Assembly (NCBI GenBank): GCA_965222155.1 | Contig: CBDCTH010000012.1 | Location: 768,001-832,000 of the forward strand | Direction of reading: 5' to 3' | Source of the DNA: Gammaproteobacteria bacterium | GTDB lineage: Bacteria; Pseudomonadota; Gammaproteobacteria; Eutrophobiales; Eutrophobiaceae | Length of the DNA: 64,000 bases | In this document: piece after piece, positions 59,732 through 64,000 of the stretch | How positions within the stretch are numbered: the stretch's first letter is position 1 | How the letters are laid out: every line of letters begins with the position of its first letter | Translations under genes and position numbers: made by a program | The notes under the pieces: model-generated | What the model was told of the DNA's origin: nothing | The model's database searches: none | Seen by the model: the letters and a program-made list of their open reading frames with translations, nothing else

Positions 59732-61068
59732 GATCACCTACTGATAAAACTTCTTTATTAGCCTATGCATTGCCGGCTATCCCGTTAGCTATGCTGGGTA
59801 TGCCGCTGATCATTTATGTTCCGCCATTCTACGCTTCGGAACTCGGACTGGAGTTGGCCGCAGTAGGCGGTATTTTTTTCATAGCCCGCGCCTGGGATGC
59901 GATAACAGACCCCCTCATCGGTCATTTTTCCGATCAGACCCGTGGGGCCTGGGGACGTCGCAAACCCTGGATCGTGATTGGGGTGCCTTTGTTGATGATC
60001 AGTCTGTACCTGTTTCTGAGCCCACCCATCGCCGCCAGTAAAGCCTACCTGTTCGTCGTGGCGCTGGTATTTTATGTCGCCTGGACCACCGTACAGATTC
60101 CCTATTTATCCTGGGGCGCTGAATTGTCGCGGGATTATACGGTACGAACCCGTATCAACGGATACCGCGAGACGGGCACCATGATAGGGGTTATCCTGGC
60201 GACACTGCTCCCTGTCCTGTTTCTGAGAGAAGAAAATCCAGCGTTGCGGGATATATTATGGGTCTACGTCGTGTTCCTGTTGGTGTTAATTCCCCTTGCA
60301 ACATCCATCGCAACGGCAATCACACCGAAAACCCCGTTTGTTGAATCCGGCAAACACGGTTTATTGTTCGGTCTGAGACTCTTGTCGGGGAATAAACCAT
60401 ATCTCCGCTTGATCATAGGCATCTTTTTTCTCTGGCTGGGCGGCAGTGTGATGAATGCCTCGCTTATATTCACGTTCGAGCATATATTACAGATGCCGCG
60501 TTCGGCGTTTTTAAAATTCGTGCTCATACAATATGTGATCGGTATTGTTTGCCTGCCGTTATGGGTCAGGTTCGGTAACCGGTATGGCCGCCATAGGGCC
60601 TTGGTATGGGGTGGCTTTGGCTACCTGGCAGTCCAACCCTTGTACCTGCTGGTAGCTCCCGGTGATTTTTCACAGTTATTATTGGTTGCCCTCGTGCATG
60701 GGCCGATCATCTCGGTTATCTGGGTGATGCCGCCGGCACTGGTGGCGGACACGATTGAATACGGCATGATGAAAGGGGGCAGTGATGACGCGGCGATATA
60801 TATGGCCATTTATAATTTTATGGTGAAGGTCGCATTTGCGGGTGGTGTCGGCATTGCCTTGCCGCTGCTTGGGGTTTTAGGGTTTCAACCGGTGGCTGAG
60901 AATGACGCGCAGGCTATACAAGGTCTTACGTTCGTTGCGCTGTTCCTTCCCGCCATCATAGGATTTGCCGGCGCCGTCATGCTGTATAACTACCCCATCA
61001 ACAAACACCGGCACGGCGTCATACGACGCTGGCTGGCGAGAAAGAACCTCTCCCCTGAATTACAATAA
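59728..61068 (+). CDS. MFS/GPH-family transporter
   Basis: RAWDAITDPLIG.FSD, GRRKPW, IPYLSWGAELS.DY..RT. Confidence 0.88.
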   Translation: MRSPTDKTSLLAYALPAIPLAMLGMPLIIYVPPFYASELGLELAAVGGIFFIARAWDAITDPLIGHFSDQTRGAWGRRKPWIVIGVPLLMISLYLFLSPPIAASKAYLFVVALVFYVAWTTVQIPYLSWGAELSRDYTVRTRINGYRETGTMIGVILATLLPVLFLREENPALRDILWVYVVFLLVLIPLATSIATAITPKTPFVESGKHGLLFGLRLLSGNKPYLRLIIGIFFLWLGGSVMNASLIFTFEHILQMPRSAFLKFVLIQYVIGIVCLPLWVRFGNRYGRHRALVWGGFGYLAVQPLYLLVAPGDFSQLLLVALVHGPIISVIWVMPPALVADTIEYGMMKGGSDDAAIYMAIYNFMVKVAFAGGVGIALPLLGVLGFQPVAENDAQAIQGLTFVALFLPAIIGFAGAVMLYNYPINKHRHGVIRRWLARKNLSPELQ

Positions 61069-61089
61069 TTATTGAAGTTTTCAACCATT

Positions 61090-63834
61090 TCACTTCATTG
61101 CCCCTTTGTCGGGATGATACCAGATCGGTGAGGTCCAGGCGCGTTCCCGGATCGTGGCAGGTACTTCCGCCGGCAGTTCCCAGCCCATGCGTATTGCGTC
61201 CCACGTGCTCCAGCGGCAGGTGGGATTCTCTATCACTCTCGCATAGTAAAAGGCGGGCGCCGCAGCGTCGAACTCGGGGTCGAGCCAGACGCTGACCATT
61301 TCCGCGTCTCCCTTGTCCGGGGAATGACTGCAATCATCCGGATCAACCGTTGCACCGTTATCCGGGCAGCGGTAATTCGCCGGTTCCAGCCCGTCTGAAC
61401 ACGCCACGTCGAAGACCCTCTCATGGGTTTCCCCGTCCGCCAGCCAGCCCTTGATAACCTGCAAGCGCTGCAGCGGGGCGCTGTCAGGGTCCCGGATGGC
61501 GGTGATAAGAAACCGGGGAATATTCGTTCGATTCCCGGACGCTGGGAGATTTCCACCCATTGCGACGCCATTTGCGTATGCTGCCTGGATCATGTCCGGT
61601 TGCCCGCGAATGGAATCATTAAAGGACCACCCGGCGAACATCCTTATACGGATGCGCGGGCCACTGGTCGCAAATGTCTCCTTGCGCTTCAAGGCGGCAA
61701 AGATCGACTCCCGGGTGTTCTCCTCAGCCCATACGCCGGTAAGGCCCGCCGCGCTGTACTTGATATTTTGACTGGTTATCGAACCCCCATGACGCCTGGT
61801 TTCCGGCGTGGCGTCGCCGGTCCCAATCTTCCCGGTATAGTTGTCTTCCTCAACCGGGACGCTGGCATTGTGTGAATCACTGCTGCCGACAAGACCGAAT
61901 TGATACGGATTAATGCCGATCTCTCTGTCAATTTGCAGCCCGGTCTTAAGGGCATCACGAACGTAACTGCCCCTGACAACTCCGTTTCTTCCACTGCCTC
62001 CCATCAATTCTTCAAGCAACTCGAAGGATGCCCATTCGTCCGTAGCAGACAACAGTGGATGTGTCTCTGATGTGCCTTTAATCTGCAGGAGTTCAACCAG
62101 TGGCTCGTTGCGCATGCGGGTCTCAGCGTAGTCACGGTCGATAGGCTGCCCTTCGGACTGATAGAGCGGGAACATGCGGCCGTCGCTCAGGTTGGAATTA
62201 TGCGGGATCGCAATGACATCGGCACCATCGCGCCGTGCCTGCTCCATATACTCCCACAGGTCCTCCGGTTTTATGCTGTCAAAAGCCGATAGCGGTCGGG
62301 TGGGGATTGTGCCGGCGCCGCCCTGGAAAATGACGTTGCGGTGCAGGTTGGCGCCGTCGGGCGTGGCCGACCACTCAAAGGCGATAAAGGTTGTGAAGGT
62401 TCCGGGTTTGTAATGGCGTTCCGCGGCCGCTATGGTGTCCGACCACAGTGTTCGCAGCGTGTCTCCCCCAACCAGTTCCGACAGCGCGCGATTCCCGAAA
62501 ATACCGGCTTTAAATGTTTCCACCGCACGGGCCAGCATCGATTTTTCCTTGCTATAGAGTTGTTTGGCCAGTTGCAGGGTGAACAGTGGACTGGTGGGGT
62601 CTCCCATTGCATTCAACACCCCAAGGTATTCGGCATGGTCCGTGACAGCCATAAAGTCCAGCGGTGTTTTAATCCGGATGTGCCGGCCGCTCACGTGTTT
62701 GACAGGTTCTCCCCGGGCATAACGATAAGCGTCGTCAGGATATCCTAAAGCCCCGAACGCGAAGGCATCGACAGACAGGCGGGTATGCACATGCAGGTCA
62801 CCGAAATAAGCATTTCTTGTTGCAGGATATGCAGTATGTTTATGCAACCTGGAATCGTTGACCCAGATTTCCACAACCTTGCCCGATTGATTAAAACGCA
62901 GTATCGCTTCGCCGGTCAGGGTTACCGGCGCCTGAGTGGGTTCAATATCGTCATAGCGTGTCCGTAACGAACCCGTTGCCCGCCAGCGTATGGCGCCCAT
63001 GGACCAGGCGGAGAGTTTTGCCTCAAGGTTGATGACCAGGTCCGGAAACGCCTGCCAGCGCGTCCGGCAATAGTCTGTAAACTCATTCAGCCTGCGCGGG
63101 CCGTTGCCGATACCATGTACGATGACGTCTTCATCAAAGAATGCCAGGAAGCGGTTTTCACGCTCCACGGGATCATGAATCAGGTTGAAGGCTGCCGCCA
63201 TTGCGTCGAGGCGGCCGTAGACTGCCCGTTCGCTCAAACCCGGGCCGTTAAGCCGTGCGGCAAGTTGCCGGCCTTCCTGAATACCGGCCTCGCCCTTGAT
63301 TTGCGCAAGCCGGTAGGCGTGGTCATGGTTTGACCAGCGTTCGGCGATCAGGCCGCTTGCATCGAGTCGGAAGAACGTTTGGCCGCGAATGGCGACCAGC
63401 TTGCGGTTCATCGCCACGCCGTCGAAAGTGCCCGTCATATATCCGAGAGAATGATACCGTTGTGCCGCCATCGGGCCGGCAACGATCAACTCGTCACTGA
63501 CCAGTACGCTGTCCTCGAATGTGCCGAACAAGCCGCGATAGAATTCCCTGACTGCGGCGTAATCGGCAGCGACATCCGGCAACAGACCATGTGCGCGTAC
63601 AGAGGGCGAGAAGGTGGCCATATAATTTTCATAGGCTTCATCCGGGTCGCCTTGCTGGTTGATTACCGCATCCATGTCGTGCAATCGCTGCCTTGTGTGC
63701 GCGCTGGTGATTTCCCAATCCGTTGCGCCAGCGGCGTTCAAGGGGTAGGCGAACAGTACCGTCAGGATTAGGATGGTAAATCTGGCAGGTACAAAAAAGC
63801 CCCACAGACCGACCGTCTGTAGGGCTTGATACAT
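61090..63834 (-). CDS. DUF3604 (PHP-like) protein with two N-terminal SnoaL-like domains
   Basis: YFGDLHVHT..S.DA, DFMAVTDHAE, NLHRNV, IPHNSNLS.G, RERAWTSPIW. About 300 N-terminal residues hold two ester-cyclase-like repeats. Confidence 0.85.
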   Translation of the reverse strand: MYQALQTVGLWGFFVPARFTILILTVLFAYPLNAAGATDWEITSAHTRQRLHDMDAVINQQGDPDEAYENYMATFSPSVRAHGLLPDVAADYAAVREFYRGLFGTFEDSVLVSDELIVAGPMAAQRYHSLGYMTGTFDGVAMNRKLVAIRGQTFFRLDASGLIAERWSNHDHAYRLAQIKGEAGIQEGRQLAARLNGPGLSERAVYGRLDAMAAAFNLIHDPVERENRFLAFFDEDVIVHGIGNGPRRLNEFTDYCRTRWQAFPDLVINLEAKLSAWSMGAIRWRATGSLRTRYDDIEPTQAPVTLTGEAILRFNQSGKVVEIWVNDSRLHKHTAYPATRNAYFGDLHVHTRLSVDAFAFGALGYPDDAYRYARGEPVKHVSGRHIRIKTPLDFMAVTDHAEYLGVLNAMGDPTSPLFTLQLAKQLYSKEKSMLARAVETFKAGIFGNRALSELVGGDTLRTLWSDTIAAAERHYKPGTFTTFIAFEWSATPDGANLHRNVIFQGGAGTIPTRPLSAFDSIKPEDLWEYMEQARRDGADVIAIPHNSNLSDGRMFPLYQSEGQPIDRDYAETRMRNEPLVELLQIKGTSETHPLLSATDEWASFELLEELMGGSGRNGVVRGSYVRDALKTGLQIDREIGINPYQFGLVGSSDSHNASVPVEEDNYTGKIGTGDATPETRRHGGSITSQNIKYSAAGLTGVWAEENTRESIFAALKRKETFATSGPRIRIRMFAGWSFNDSIRGQPDMIQAAYANGVAMGGNLPASGNRTNIPRFLITAIRDPDSAPLQRLQVIKGWLADGETHERVFDVACSDGLEPANYRCPDNGATVDPDDCSHSPDKGDAEMVSVWLDPEFDAAAPAFYYARVIENPTCRWSTWDAIRMGWELPAEVPATIRERAWTSPIWYHPDKGAMK

Positions 63835-63857
63835 CCGTGACGCTCCGCGGTAACTGA

Positions 63858-64000
63858 TTAGTAGCGGTAGGTCATGGTAGCGCCAACAAAACGCGGCGGC
63901 GCCGGGTGGCCCCAGACGCTTGAGTGCCCCAGGATTGTTCCATCAAACGGTATCTGGAACTGGCTCCAGGTATAACGTTTGTCAGCACAGTTGCGGCACC
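63858..64000 (-). CDS. C-terminal fragment of a TonB-dependent receptor (5' part outside the window)
   Basis: Translated by hand: CRNCADKRY...PPRFVGATMTYRY*, a typical TBDR terminus. Confidence 0.7.
   Translation of the reverse strand, partial: CRNCADKRYTWSQFQIPFDGTILGHSSVWGHPAPPRFVGATMTYRY

Overview
Gammaproteobacterial chromosomal window (inferred from gene content and order). Most of it is housekeeping: hslVU, ubiE-ubiJ-ubiB, ctpA-envC-gpmI, rhodanese-secB-gpsA, a polyamine-type ABC transporter, pyrD, ntrYX-trkAH, def-fmt-rsmB, dprA-topA-purE-tsaC. Left end: two near-identical CcrM/HinfI-like adenine methyltransferases bracketing an AAA-14/DUF4143 ATPase, next to two ATP-grasp genes resembling H4MPT/methylofuran C1-cofactor genes. 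Right end: a TonB receptor with a Tat-exported nucleoside hydrolase, a compact two-gene module, and a ~15 kb AraC-associated catabolic cluster. The two-gene module is a stand-alone colicin-E3-like RNase overlapping a gene for an unknown N-terminal domain fused to a DUF429 RNase-H-fold domain; it is my best candidate for an undescribed toxin/defence system. Many intergenic spaces hold short palindromic repeats or MITEs (at least 8 families, often nested), some of which remodel gene ends, including a MITE inserted at the start of ntrY. No rRNA, tRNA, CRISPR array or transposase was recognised. All family calls come from motif recognition by eye, not database searches.
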